DNA of 49,244 nt from Rhizaria sp. SCN 62-66 (taxonomy: Eukaryota). The notes below the pieces were generated by a model. It was not told where the DNA came from. It saw only the letters and a list, made by a program, of their open reading frames with translations, and searched no databases. Positions 1-11,571 of the stretch are shown here, one piece after another. The stretch spans positions 1 through 49,244 of the forward strand of contig MEDY01000217.1 of the NCBI GenBank assembly GCA_001724265.1, given 5' to 3'. The stretch's first letter is position 1; each line of letters starts with the position of its first letter. The translations under genes and the position numbers were made by a program.

Positions 1-1084
1 CCAGGACTCCTCCACGTTCTCCCGGTACATCTCGTTGCTGCACAGCGCCAGCACCGGCTCCACCACGCTCTCGCGCAGCCAGCGTCGCTGGAACGCCGTT
101 ATTGTGGCGGTCGGTTGCCCCTGCCGCCGCTCTTTTTGTCATCAGTGTCATCGCCACTCTCCGTCCCTTCGCCCTCCGTGTTGTCGGTTGCAGTGTAACG
201 CGCAACCATGCCGTGGATGCAGTGTTTGAGCGACGACATCAGCCACGCGAGCCGATCCATCGACCTGTCGCCCAGGCCCTCGCGCAGCCCCACGGCGGCA
301 AACAGGGGCAGCAGGCCGGCGCGCAGCAGCAGCGGAGCGGCCTCCCAGCCGGGCGCCATCTCGCCCTCCGTGTCAGCCTCGATGGTCGGCACCAGAAGGT
401 ACGCAGCCTACTGAACGGCGTACTCGTCGCCGTACTGCAGCAGCGCCAGCACGGCGCCCAGGTGCGACTGCGACAGGTCCACCGCGGCGGCGAGCTCGTC
501 GCGCGGCACGGGCGGCTTGTTGGGCGCGCGTCGCGCGAAGCCGTCCTGCCAGTGCTCGCCCGTTGCGGTGTCGTTGGCCGTAAGCGGGCCGCGTGTAGCG
601 GACCGCAGCGACGGCGTGGCCGCCAGGCAATGCAGGCTATAAAGCGCGCGCCCAGCAAAGCGGTGGCCCGCGGCCCACGTGGCAGGCGTCAGCAGACGAT
701 GGAACGCAAAGGCTGCGCCACAACGCACCATTGCCAAGAGGCTATTGAAGTTGTGCTTGCGTGTGATCGTACTCAATCCAATAAAGGGAACCATATAAAA
801 CGACCACGATGAAAACATCCGGATGTCAAAGTACTTGACGGGCACCACTGGCAGAGCGGCAGGATACTTATCACGCTCGCGGCCACCACATCGGCCGAGA
901 GACTCGCTGCGACGTTGGCGAGGATGAAGGTCTTGGCCATCTGGAGGAAGGTGATCACGTTCGTGATAAGAGCAAACGTCAGCGCAGTTTTTGCGCAACG
1001 AGCAGGAACATCTCTATCACTGCTCTTGCTACGTGTGCTTGTGCTGCGCCTGGCGCGGCGGCGCGCGCTGGTTTGAGGCGCCAT
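1..1084 (-). pseudogene. Disrupted protein-coding sequence (possible F-box-like N-terminus); runs off the window edge
   Basis: Protein-like GC-rich frames start at ATG 1084. They join only through a frameshift near 870-850, an in-frame TAG at 410-408 (YAVQ*AAYLLVPTIE) and a second frameshift near 130-100 into TAFQRRWLRESVVEPVLALCSNEMYRENVEESW. LITNVITFLQMAKTFILANV weakly resembles an F-box. Sequencing error is an alternative explanation. Confidence 0.5.
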
Positions 1085-1945
1085 CGGTGCTAAAGAATGA
1101 GTTTGTCAAGGAGGGGGACCGCGCGTCTTCGTAGGAAGAAGCTCCAGCGCGATTATGCAATTATAATCATAAAGATAGTTAAAAAAACAAGTTTCATACA
1201 TGATATCAAAAATATGTTTTATTTGATGGATGTTTGACAAAGTTGTATGGCTATTTCAAACTGCCCCTTCCAGGCGCGTTTTTGCGTTTTCCATAAACCT
1301 CTACCTCAGGGGTACATATTATATAATCATATCCGGAGCTGGTAGGTCATTGGGTACTGTTTCTCTGAGATTTTCCTGTGAGAGAGTCCTTTTATGTAAA
1401 ATGTCGCGCGTAACATGTGTTGGTCGTTGAAATTTGTATATCGACTGAAAGAGAGGGTGTAAAATTAGGCGTAAAGTTATCCTCTGCGGATTTTGATTTG
1501 TGGTGGATTAGCGATCAAATTTTGACGGGAGAAGGCGATCCAATTTTGAGACTGTGAGAGGCCCCTTAGACAGGGGTCAGACTGGGACTGAGGGGAAGTC
1601 GGTGGCTCCTTGTGGGCGGCTAGTCGCGACCGGTTTTGAAGACCAGGAGGGCCTTTGTTGGGTTTGTAAAAAAACAAAAAGATTGTCTACCCTCGTGGCT
1701 ATTCTATATTTCTTCTGGAGCCACCTGTGTTGGTCGCAACCCCGACTTCGGGACCTTCGAAGTGGGCCTCATTGGTCCCCCAGAGCTGCTCTTGCCTCTC
1801 GTTGCCCTCGCTGTCCGACCTTGTCCCGCCTTTCCGTCTCCTCTTCTTGATCTTTGAGTTGTGCCACCGCATTGTCAACATCTTTATCCACCCACTCACC
1901 TTCTTATATCCCGCTTTGCGTGTGTCTTGCTGTCCCCGTGTACAG

Positions 1946-2756
1946 ATGAAGTGGCAGCTCGTGGTGACGCTCTTGGCGTTCCTCGCTGCTTCGGTGCTTG
2001 CTTCCGCCACCCAAAAGGTGGGCGGGATCGAGTACGTCGACTCGGCCGCCGAGCTCCCCAGCCGTGGCGCCCGTCTCGGCAAGGGATTCTCCTCCTTTGT
2101 GTCCTCGCACAAGCCCGCGTCCACGGTTGACGCCGCCTTCGACCAGGTACGTTCCTCCTTCCCTCCCTCCTTCCCAACCCTACAAGAAATGCCACCAATA
2201 TCGCCCCCATCGCGCTCTATCGATCCAGAGCTTCTCCCCGTCATAACATACCCGCGCGCTCAATCCCAGTTCCACCCACTCACATCTTCATTCGATTTTG
2301 CCTCTTTTTTGCGTGTTCTCACAGGTCTCACTGATCCAGGCTGCTAAGGCTGCGACCGCGGCCGCGCCCGCCGCCAACGTCGCCAAGGCCCCCGCCGTCG
2401 CCGGCATGGACGCCTTTGCGGCCAAGCACTACAACTTGGGCTTCTCCGTTGGCCGCTTCGGCCGCCCCGACCTGCAGCGCAACAAGAAGACCAAGACCAT
2501 GACCGAGGCGCGTCTCGTTGAGGACTGCCTTGCCTGCCGCTTCGTGTGGAAGAGTGTGCAGATGGACATTGGCAACTCGGAGACGCAGAAGACCATCTAC
2601 GACTCGTTTGTCAACCAGTGCAAGAACGGTATGAAGGCGCCAATCATGTACGCGCCCTGCCAGCAGATGTTCTCCAAGGTTGACGACATGATTACTGGCT
2701 ACGCCGCTGGCATGACTGTCGATGAGGTCTGCGCCCAGGCCCACATGTGCCGGTAA
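1946..2756 (+). CDS. Secreted saposin B-type (SAPLIP) domain protein, 210 aa
   Basis: Exons 1946-2146 and 2325-2756 (intron GTACGT..CAG, phase 0). Signal peptide MKWQLVVTLLAFLAASVLASA. C-terminal six-Cys saposin pattern CLAC...C...C...CAQAHMC. Confidence 0.85.
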
Positions 2757-3427
2757 AGCAAACCGCAGGTAAGCGATCATAAGAGAACAACAGCGGCTCG
2801 GAAAGGGCGCTCGCAGCGTGTCTGACCCGGGCGTGTGCGTCGTGTTGCGAGTCGCGTTGCGCGGCGAAGCCACGGGCGCGCGCGGGAGCGTACCGCGTGC
2901 GACGCGTGAGAGCTGTTTCGTGTTGGGGAGGTTGTTTGTTGAGAACATTGTAAAACACATAGGAAGGTGCAGTATGCAGAGATACGGTAACGTTAATGGT
3001 ATGCACCAATACACAATATAGACTTTGAACCTTTCTATTACTTTCCTATCGCGAATCTATGCTTCTGTATTTCAAATCTTAGTGTTCATACTCAGTCCAG
3101 CAGACGACTTGCCCTCGCGCTTGGCCTGTTCGCACCAACATTCGAGCTTCTCAATCTCACGATTCTTTGCGTCGATACACTGCTAGCTTCGTACGATCGT
3201 TATATTTTCTAATTTTCAATCCCTTTGTATTTTGCTAACTTCTGATGCCTGATTTGTGTTTTGCATTCTCTCGTAAAGCTTTCGCGTGTAGGACAGGCGC
3301 CAACCCTGCGTTCCCGACTCCTTCCCAAGCTCCCCAGCGAGCCTTTTTTCGACTCTACAGCACTGTGACCGGCTCTTAACGGTATCTTTTGCACTTATCG
3401 GCCCACGCCGCTTTGTTTTGTCGCGTA

Positions 3428-3663
3428 ATGGAGCCTGATAACTCTTCGGCGGACGCTGCCCCCGCTTCCGCGCCCGTAGCTAGCACCGCCGCAGCCACTG
3501 CCGCCACTGCTGCTTCTGCTGCCAGTTCTGCAGCGTCAGCTGCCACGACGGCAACCACAACGCAAACCCCTGCTTTTCCAGCTCGTCTGACCAGCGCAGG
3601 CCTTGCAATGACCGATAGCCCCCCGATTTCTGGCGCCCATATCACTCCAAGCTCGAGCTCAAG

Positions 3664-3696
<33 letters not shown>

Positions 3697-6600
3697 GACG
3701 GTGGCATCCCCTCGCTCCCACTCGCGCGCAGCTAGCAGTAGTCATAGTAGCACGACAACTCTGTCCCACTCCAACTCAAGCTCTCACTCTCAACAGAATC
3801 TGCCTCAAACCCCCCTCGCGGCTGGGGCGGCTGTGGTGCCCGCGACAACGCGCATCTCCCGCAGCGCCGCCGCTGCCGCCGCCGCCGCCGGTGTCGCGTC
3901 CCCGACCTTCGCGCTGCCCCCGGGCGCGAATACACTCGCCGCTTCTGCCGCCGCCGCCGCCGTCGCCGCCGCCAGCAGCTCGACACCTGCGCTGGGCGCA
4001 CTCACAGGTACGCTCACAGGTACCCACCACGGAGCTCTCGGAACACATGGAACACATGGGCCGTTGACGGCGATGTCGCCGCTGACGAGCGCCATGCACA
4101 GTGCTCACGGTCACCTTGGGAGACTTAGCAATGGCGGCTTAACTAACGGCCTCGCGCTGAGAGTCAATACTACCACAAACACCATGAGCAGCAGCAGCAA
4201 CAACAACAGCGCAAACGCACACAACAACAGCAGCGTTAGCGCCGTGCATTTTGCCGCGTCTGGCACGCCCACAACAGCGTCTGGCTCTGGGTCAATGCTG
4301 ACGACGTCGTTGTTTCACACAAGTAGCAACAACAACAACAACCACACTCTGACCAACAAGTCCCCTTTGTCTGCGTCGCAGTCCTCTGGCAACAGAGGCC
4401 TTTTGCCCCGCATCGCCGCTGTTTCCCCCTCAAACTCTCTCGGCCACAACAACAATAACAACAACAGCAATAGTAACTCTAACTCGAGCTCCGCTGTACT
4501 CGCACTTGCAGCGTTGCACACAAGCACAAGCAACAGCAGCAACAACATCAACAACATTAATAATAACAACAACAACAACAACAACAACAACAACGGGACT
4601 CCTACAGGGCCTTTTTCCCCTTTCTCCCCTTATTCTCCCAACGGCAATGCCAACAACTTGATTGGCGGTGGTGGCTTTGCGTTTCCTGCACTCTCTCCGT
4701 CCGCCTCCGCTGCAAATGCCGCGGGCGGCTTATCTCTGATCCCGGGCGGCTTAACTTCGAGCGCCGCCGCCGCCGCCGCCGCCGGGCTTCAGTACGCGCC
4801 CCTCTCCTCCCCCACGGTCACGGGTACCCTGAGTTACAATAACAATAACGGCGGATATATCCCGGGTACTCATGGGACCCATGCGTTACGCGCGCGTGCC
4901 TCGGTCGTTGACCCCGTGTCCAGCCACCGCACACAGCTGCAATGTAACCGCAAGCGCACCGCGTTTAAGTCCTACGTGCGCCCGCCCCTCGAGCCGGCGG
5001 CAGGCGCGATTGCCGCCGCCGTGGCGGGGTTGAAGCGGCGTGAGGCGGCGGCGGCCGCGGCGGCAGAGGCCCGCGGACTGGCCTGGGCCCGGGAGGCCGC
5101 GGCGGCCGAGGCAGAGGCGGTGAGGCAGCGTCATCTATCGCGCTCTCTTGCGCGTGTAAGTGGGCACTTGCTTGGCGACGGCGACGGCGAGGAGGTAGAG
5201 CCCCGGGACTACTACTTGGACGTCAAGTCGTCGACGTCTAAGGGGCCGAGTACGATGTTGGTGAACCCTGATGGTGAGGAGACTGGTACTGGCGGCTGTG
5301 CACATGTAAATACTTCTGCCGCGGCGGATAATGTAAGTGCCCTGGCGCGTGCCACCCACTTAGCCACCGCTGCCAGGGCCCGTGTGGCGTCATTGTTGCA
5401 TCAGCGCGCTGCCGCGGCCGCCGCGGCCGCCACTGCCGCCGCTGCCGCTGCCGCCGCGGCGGCCGCTGCTGCTGCAGAGGCTGCCGAAGCTGACAAGGGC
5501 CGCCCGGATCGCCACAATAAACACTCTGGTGCTGCTGCAGCTGCTGGAGACGACTCGGACTCCGAGTCTGGCTCCAGCTCCAGCTCCAGCTCGAGCTCGA
5601 GCTCGAGCTCTAGTGCTAAGGGTGGGGTTGCGATGACTGACGATGATGAATCGTCGTCAAAGTCAGGCCGCGGCGGGAAGAATACGACCACTGCATCATC
5701 TTCGTTGCCGTCATCTTCTAAGGCGAGCAGTCACTCTGTTTCTAGCAACAGTAGCAGTGCTAGTCGTGGCGCCAGCGCTGTTACTGTCAATGCCAATGCA
5801 GGTAAGAATAGTAAGAATAGCATCAACAGCAGCAGCAGCAGCAAGCGCGGCAGCACTGCAACGAGCACGAATGCTAGCCCGACGGACTCCGGCCCGCAGT
5901 CACCTTCGCGGTCGCGCTCACGGTCGCGCTCACGGTCGCGCTCACGGTCACCCTCCCAGGCGCAGTCTCGCTCACGGTCACAGGCCGGTCGTGGCGGTGC
6001 GGCTTCACGGTCGCGCTCACAGTCGCCTCGCCCTATCGCAGGGGCGGGTTCCAGCTCTCACTCCGCCACGAGTTCTAGTAGTTCCAGCAGTAGCACAAGT
6101 ACCAGCAGTAACTTCAACCCACGGCTGCTGCAAGAGCTACGCGAGGCCCAGCTCGCTGCCAACGCGGCCGCGCGTGAGGCTGCGAAGGAGGCCAAGAGGG
6201 CGGCGAAGCTTGCGTCCGCGCAAGCAAAGCAAGCGAAGGCTGCCGCAGCTGCTGGGCTCCCGCCTCCCAGCTTTATCACTGGCGCGAATGGTGCGACCGC
6301 AACTGGCACCACCGCGACTGCGCCTTCGACCGCGACTGCCACTGCTGCTGCGGAAACGGCGACTGCTCCGGAAACGGCGGCGGCGGCGGTGGCGGCGGCT
6401 GAGGCGGAGGCTGCGGCGAGTAAGAAGAAGGGTAAGGGAGGCAAGGCTACCCCCATGAGTACTGTCACGGGTTCTGCCACGGGTTCTGGCGCGAATTCCG
6501 CAAGTTCCAGCTCTTCTGACGTAAAGACTGAGAGTACTGAGTCTACTGCGACTGCTGCTGCTGCTGCTGCTTCTGGAGACAGTAAGAGGCATGCTGCCAG

Positions 6601-9001
6601 TGACAATGGCAGCGACAGTCTCAACTCGAAGACTGAGGCTGCTGATGCTGTTGGAGCGGCGAGTGACTCTGCCGTCAAGACTGAGACTGAAGCTATGACA
6701 GCCATTGATGCCAGCGCCAGTGACAGAGCCAGCGCCAGTGTTGAGGCTAAGAAAACGGAGACTGGTTCTTCGTTTTTTACAGCTGACACTGCTAGTGATG
6801 CTGCTGCTGTTGCTGCCGCTGCTGCCGATGAGGCAGTTACTGTTAAACAAGAGTCTGTCGCGAGCGACAGCGGTACGGCGAGCGACGCCCCTGCGACTGC
6901 GCCCGTCTCTCACGGTGAGGCAGTCAGCAGCAGCAGCAGCAGCAGCGACAGCCACACTGCGAGTGCGAATGCTGCTGAGAGCACCGCGATGACTGACAGT
7001 GATGGCTCCAGTGCAGCTGTGAAGCCTGAGACCAATGTTAATGCCAACAACACTGATGTTGCTAACACGAAGGCTGCGACTGTTTCTCTTTCCGGCGTTT
7101 CAAGCAGCAACAATAACAGCACTGTGACTGCTACTGACACTGATGCTGACGCGAGCAAGGCGAATGTAAGTGCTTCGAGTGTAAGTGTCCCGTCGCGGCC
7201 TAAGCGCCCTGCACCTTCCCCTTCAAAGGCCAAGTCAACCAAGAGTAGCATCAACAGCAACAACGCCAGTGCCAGTGCGAGCGCGAGTGCGAGCGCGAGC
7301 GGAGATGAGGAGGGCAGTGACCGTGAGCAGAGTGACAGTGAGCAGCAACAACGTAAGCCGCCTCAGCCTCGTCCTTTAACAAGCTCGAGCGGGAATGGTG
7401 CTGCAACTAAGAGTGAGAGCAAAAGCAAGTCTTCTTCCAAGGCAGGGAAGACCTCGAGCAAGACTTCCTCTGCTGAGGGCAAAGACAAGACAAAGGCCGC
7501 GAGTAAGGACTCAACTGACAACAAGTCGTCTGCGGTGGCGATCAAACGCAGTTCTAAGTCTAAGTCCACGTCCAAGGGCGGGGGCGAAGACGCGAAGTCA
7601 AGCCGCGACTCGAAGTCTAGCCGCAGTCGTAAGCGTAAGCAGTCGTCGTCGTCTTCATCGTCGTCATCGTCGTCGTCGTCCTCGTCAGAGTCTGACTCTG
7701 ACTCTGGCTCCGGCTCAGATGGCAGCAGTAGCAGTGGTAACGAGAGTGATAGTGAAAGCACGAGCGGCTCAAGCTCTGGCTCTGACTCTGACGACTCAAG
7801 CTCGAGCTCGAACGGCTCGGACTCCGATTCTGATTCTGACTCTGATTCTGACTCTGGCTCTGAGTCGAGCTCCAGCTCTGATGACTCCGACTCTGACTCA
7901 CATAAGTCAAAGTCCAAGAGCAGTAGCAAGGGGGGCAAAAGCGACAAGCGTACGAAAAAGAGCGCGCGCAAGAGCAGCGGCAGCGTCAAGAGCAGCAGCA
8001 AGAGTGGCAAGTCGTCCGCTGGTGTGAAGACGACTCCGAGCAAGGACGGCGGCAAAAAGAGCTCCAAATCCCGTGACCGCGACCGCGATCGTGAGCGTGA
8101 CCGTGAGCGTCAGGGTAGTAGCTCTAAGGGTGACAGCAGTAGCAGTAGTACTCGCAAGTCTAAGGGTGCCTCAACCCCGTCATCTAAGGGTGGCGACACG
8201 GAGTCTAAGGGCGGCAGTACGAGCAGTCGGAGCAAGACGAAGACTGCCAGCACGGCCGGCAGCCCCGCTCGTGTCAACAACAACGCCGCGAACAATAGCA
8301 GCAGCAGCAACAGCACCGCTAGCAGTAGTGGGCCGATGGCGGGTCGAGTCTTGCTGATGTCTGACAGTGATGCTGAGAACGCTCCTCATCACAACGCCAA
8401 CAACGGCGACGATGATGACAACGATGACTACGATGATAGCAACCAAGGTCAAATCAGCAACAACAGCAGCAACAACAGCGGTAATAGCGTTCACGCTGAG
8501 AGTGCAAGTGCTGAGGCTGAGGCAGCTGACAACGTGAGCGGAGCCACTACCACCGCCACCGCCGCTGCGGGTACCAATGACGGGACCTCTGATGAAGTTA
8601 AGCCGTCACTCGAAGTCAAGCCGCTCCGCATCCGCGCATTTTCTATCCCGCGCAAGTCTGCTGCCACAACGACTGCGCTGACACCCGCGGCAGCCACCCC
8701 CACTGCTAGTGCAAGCTCTACCTCTAATTTTAACTCTAACTCTACTGGCAGTGCGACTATGCCCGCGACTGTGCCCGCGACTGCGAGCGTGAGTGCGGGT
8801 GCGGGTGCGGGTGTGAGCCGGAATGTTGCCGCTGTGCCGACTGCTGCTGCTGGTGCTGCTGGTGCGGCTAATGGTGCGGCTAATGGTGCTGTTGGCGGTG
8901 GCGGCCCCAGCACCAGTACGAACTCTAGAGGGGGCAGCGGCAACAACACTAACAACAGCAGCGGCCCACAGCAGCAGCAAGCCTCCTGGGGCCCTCAGTA
9001 A
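3428..9001 (+). CDS. Large intronless low-complexity protein (1857 aa) with RS, SD and RD/RE repeats
   Basis: 5.6-kb stop-free ORF from ATG 3428 to TAA 9001, flanked by AT-richer DNA. Contains poly-A/S/N tracts, SRSRSRSRSRSRSRS, (SD)n and RDRDRDRERDRER. No globular domain recognised. Confidence 0.8.
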
Positions 9002-9953
9002 GGCCCTAGACGCCGGCTGCGACGGGACAGCTCCGTGGCCGATGAACAGTGAACCATGACTGGGAAGGGGGAGATAATGAGATAGCGTGATGAATTGAGG
9101 ATATATAGTCGTGTATGGAGAAATTCTAAGCGCAAGAGCGAGTTATTTAAGAGTAATACAAACACTAATTACGATATCAATTCTACACCAGCGTTCGTCT
9201 TCCACGTATATCGCGTCATTTTGTGATTTGAGAGTGGTATATTGACCGGACGGTGATATGGTACGACGCTCAAGCGTCAGTTGTCGCCTGGAGCGAGCTT
9301 AACGGCATCTCAATTATTGCAGCATACGCATCGTCAGAGCTGATTTTGTTTTATTTTCTAGATATTATATGCACATTTTTGCCTATACGTTTAATTCAAT
9401 CTCTACAGGTTACGATATTCCTTTACTTCGTTCTGACAAAGGAAAGAAACGTCTTGTGTGTGCACGCTGTCATCAAGGCTCCTCCCAAATCTCACCGTGC
9501 CTGTCACAACACAATTATTCCATACTTTCACCAACAGTTTATCAAACTAGCCGCACTATATAACACAACAGCGTTACTCCGCAGCGTTCATCGGTCGTTC
9601 TCGCGCCTCTACATAGCTTCTGAGGTCGCTACTTGAGCGCTTGGAGTGTTCTTTCGTAACCCTTTACCGCATCTTCTTTAGCCGCCACTTTGGCCACCTT
9701 AAGAACACGGCACGCGAGTACCACCGCGGAGCGCCAAAGAACACACGCTGTCCTACTGGTGCGGCACAGTATCACGCTTGTCAGACGCGTCAGCACTCGC
9801 AACCAGCCGTTGCTACCTCGCCCGATCGCCGTTGTGCGGTGTCCACTCTTTATTGAGTTCACACGACCCTCGTCTCTGCTCTGAACTCTAGCCCTCTCCA
9901 AATCACGTTATTCGCTGCCGCAACAACGCGCATTTTCTTGTGACGTGTGAAAA

Positions 9954-10931
9954 ATGGGTAACTGCTGCAGCCGTGGTCCCAATATCATCGAAAAGATCGA
10001 AGAGAAGCTTCGTGAGGTCAGAACCGTACGTTTCACTCATGTTCTCAAAATCAAAGCAACTATGTCTCTCTAGTAACGGAAACTCACATTTTACAGTTAA
10101 ATACTTTACATATATGCTATAATTTACTTTTTGAAGTCTATTTTCTGATTTATATCATTTCATATTTTGTCCGACACCGCAAATAACTCTTAATTGCTCT
10201 TCTTCGTCGCTGTGCCTTGTTTCCAGGTTTTCCCTACGATGACCGTGGCCGTGCTGCTGCACCAAGACGGCTCCGTGGTTGCCTCCGTTTCCGGCAACCC
10301 CGTCCGCTCTTCAGCCTCCGGCGGCGGTGGAAACGGCGGCGGCGGCAACGGCAGCGGCCAAACCGGCTCTGCCGGCGGCAGCGGCAAGGATAACGGCGCC
10401 AACAGCCGGCTTTCTGACGAGCTGATCGCGACGATCATGACATTCCGCAAGACGGCCGCCTCGTTTGGCGCCACTCTGCAGCATGTTGACAGCCCTGCTA
10501 TTCACGTCCGCGGCAAAGCCACGCTGTTTTCCTGCTACGACGTCGACAAACACGTACGTTTAGATTGGTCATAGATTCACAAGAGACATGTTTTTACAAT
10601 GTATATGCGTATTTTCTATTTGGTATCTTAGTCTCATTTGCTTAGAGATTGTTCATATTGAGAAATAATCAATTTACTTTTTTATCTCACTTTTTGTTGT
10701 TGTTGTAATGGCAACAACAAATTGTTCGCTCTCGTTTGCGTTTTCCTGACTCTGGCCCTCTCTGCGTAGGTGTTGGCGCTGTACTCGACGCAGGAGCCCA
10801 GCGTGCCGGTCGTCGACGTCATGGCGGGTGCCAACGACGAGCTCATGCAGCCTCTGCTTGCTGACCTACGGCTGCTTATCTTGGAGCTGGGCGAGGCCGT
10901 CGGTGCGAAGCGTAACCGCAAACAGCGGTAA
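9954..10931 (+). CDS. N-myristoylated/palmitoylated roadblock/LC7 (MglB/LAMTOR-like) fold protein, 186 aa
   Basis: Exons 9954-10025, 10227-10553 and 10770-10931; both introns are GTACGT..AG, phase 0. N-terminus is MGNCCS. The VAVLLHQDGSVVAS hairpin and an apparent alpha-beta-beta-alpha-beta-beta-beta-alpha pattern fit roadblock. Exons 1 and 3 are absent from the ORF track. Confidence 0.72.
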
Positions 10932-11000
10932 GTCTACAGTGACTGCAGAGTGCTGGCCGTAGATGCCGTTGGTGCGACGCGTAACCGCAAGCAACTCTAA
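10893..11000 (+). repeat. Imperfect 39-bp direct repeat (10893-10931 and 10962-11000) duplicating the last 12 codons plus stop of the roadblock gene
   Basis: gaggccgtcggtgcgaagcgtaaccgcaaacagcggtaa versus gatgccgttggtgcgacgcgtaaccgcaagcaactctaa; the offset is 69 nt. Confidence 0.85.
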
Positions 11001-11571
11001 ACATTTTTTTGAGTGACTGAGGCTTTTGATGACAATGCAAGTATGCAAGTGACTGTGAGCAGCATTCATCATAATGAAGTGACTATGAGCAGACACCATG
11101 TCACGTGAGCAAAATCTAGTCACCGTCACCGGCCAATGTGCGAGCTTGCTGCAAGTTTATGAGTCTTTGCGAAGTCAACGTGGAGGTTGGTTGTGAGAGA
11201 GTGTTAGGTGTTAAATTTGTTTCGTGTATCGGTGATTTTGTATTAATATATGAATGTCCTCTGTATGTGTCTGAAAACAAACAAAAAGTAGCAATTCCAA
11301 GTCAGATTTGTTTAAAAGAAAACAAGCAATACAACTGTAATAGTCGTTCCCCTGAAGCTACTTTCGTATACGGACACGGCATACCTGACTTATCGCTGAG
11401 TAATTTCTAGCTAGCTAATCATCACACGATAGATCGTTGACGCCTGGCCTGAGCGAGAACACAATCGAGTACGCAGATGAGGCGTCGATGACCATACGAC
11501 AAACGATACCAATAGCTTAAATACTGACTCATCGAGAATGAGGGCTTGATATACAGATCATGATTGCGTTT

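Noticed and set aside
408..410. UAG reassignment: none of 13 gene ends uses TAG (7 TAA, 6 TGA) and one in-frame TAG interrupts a coding frame
   Set aside because: More than 11,000 codons of intact genes contain no in-frame TAG, and the locus with the TAG also needs two frameshifts. Pseudogenisation plus ordinary low TAG usage explains it.
1741..1776. Hairpin cccgacttcg...cgaagtggg upstream of the saposin gene
   Set aside because: Short GC-rich stem with no tRNA, snoRNA or riboswitch hallmarks.
9560..9901. 90-aa minus-strand ORF upstream of the roadblock gene
   Set aside because: No ATG start, no motif and no convincing splice partners; probably promoter or UTR.
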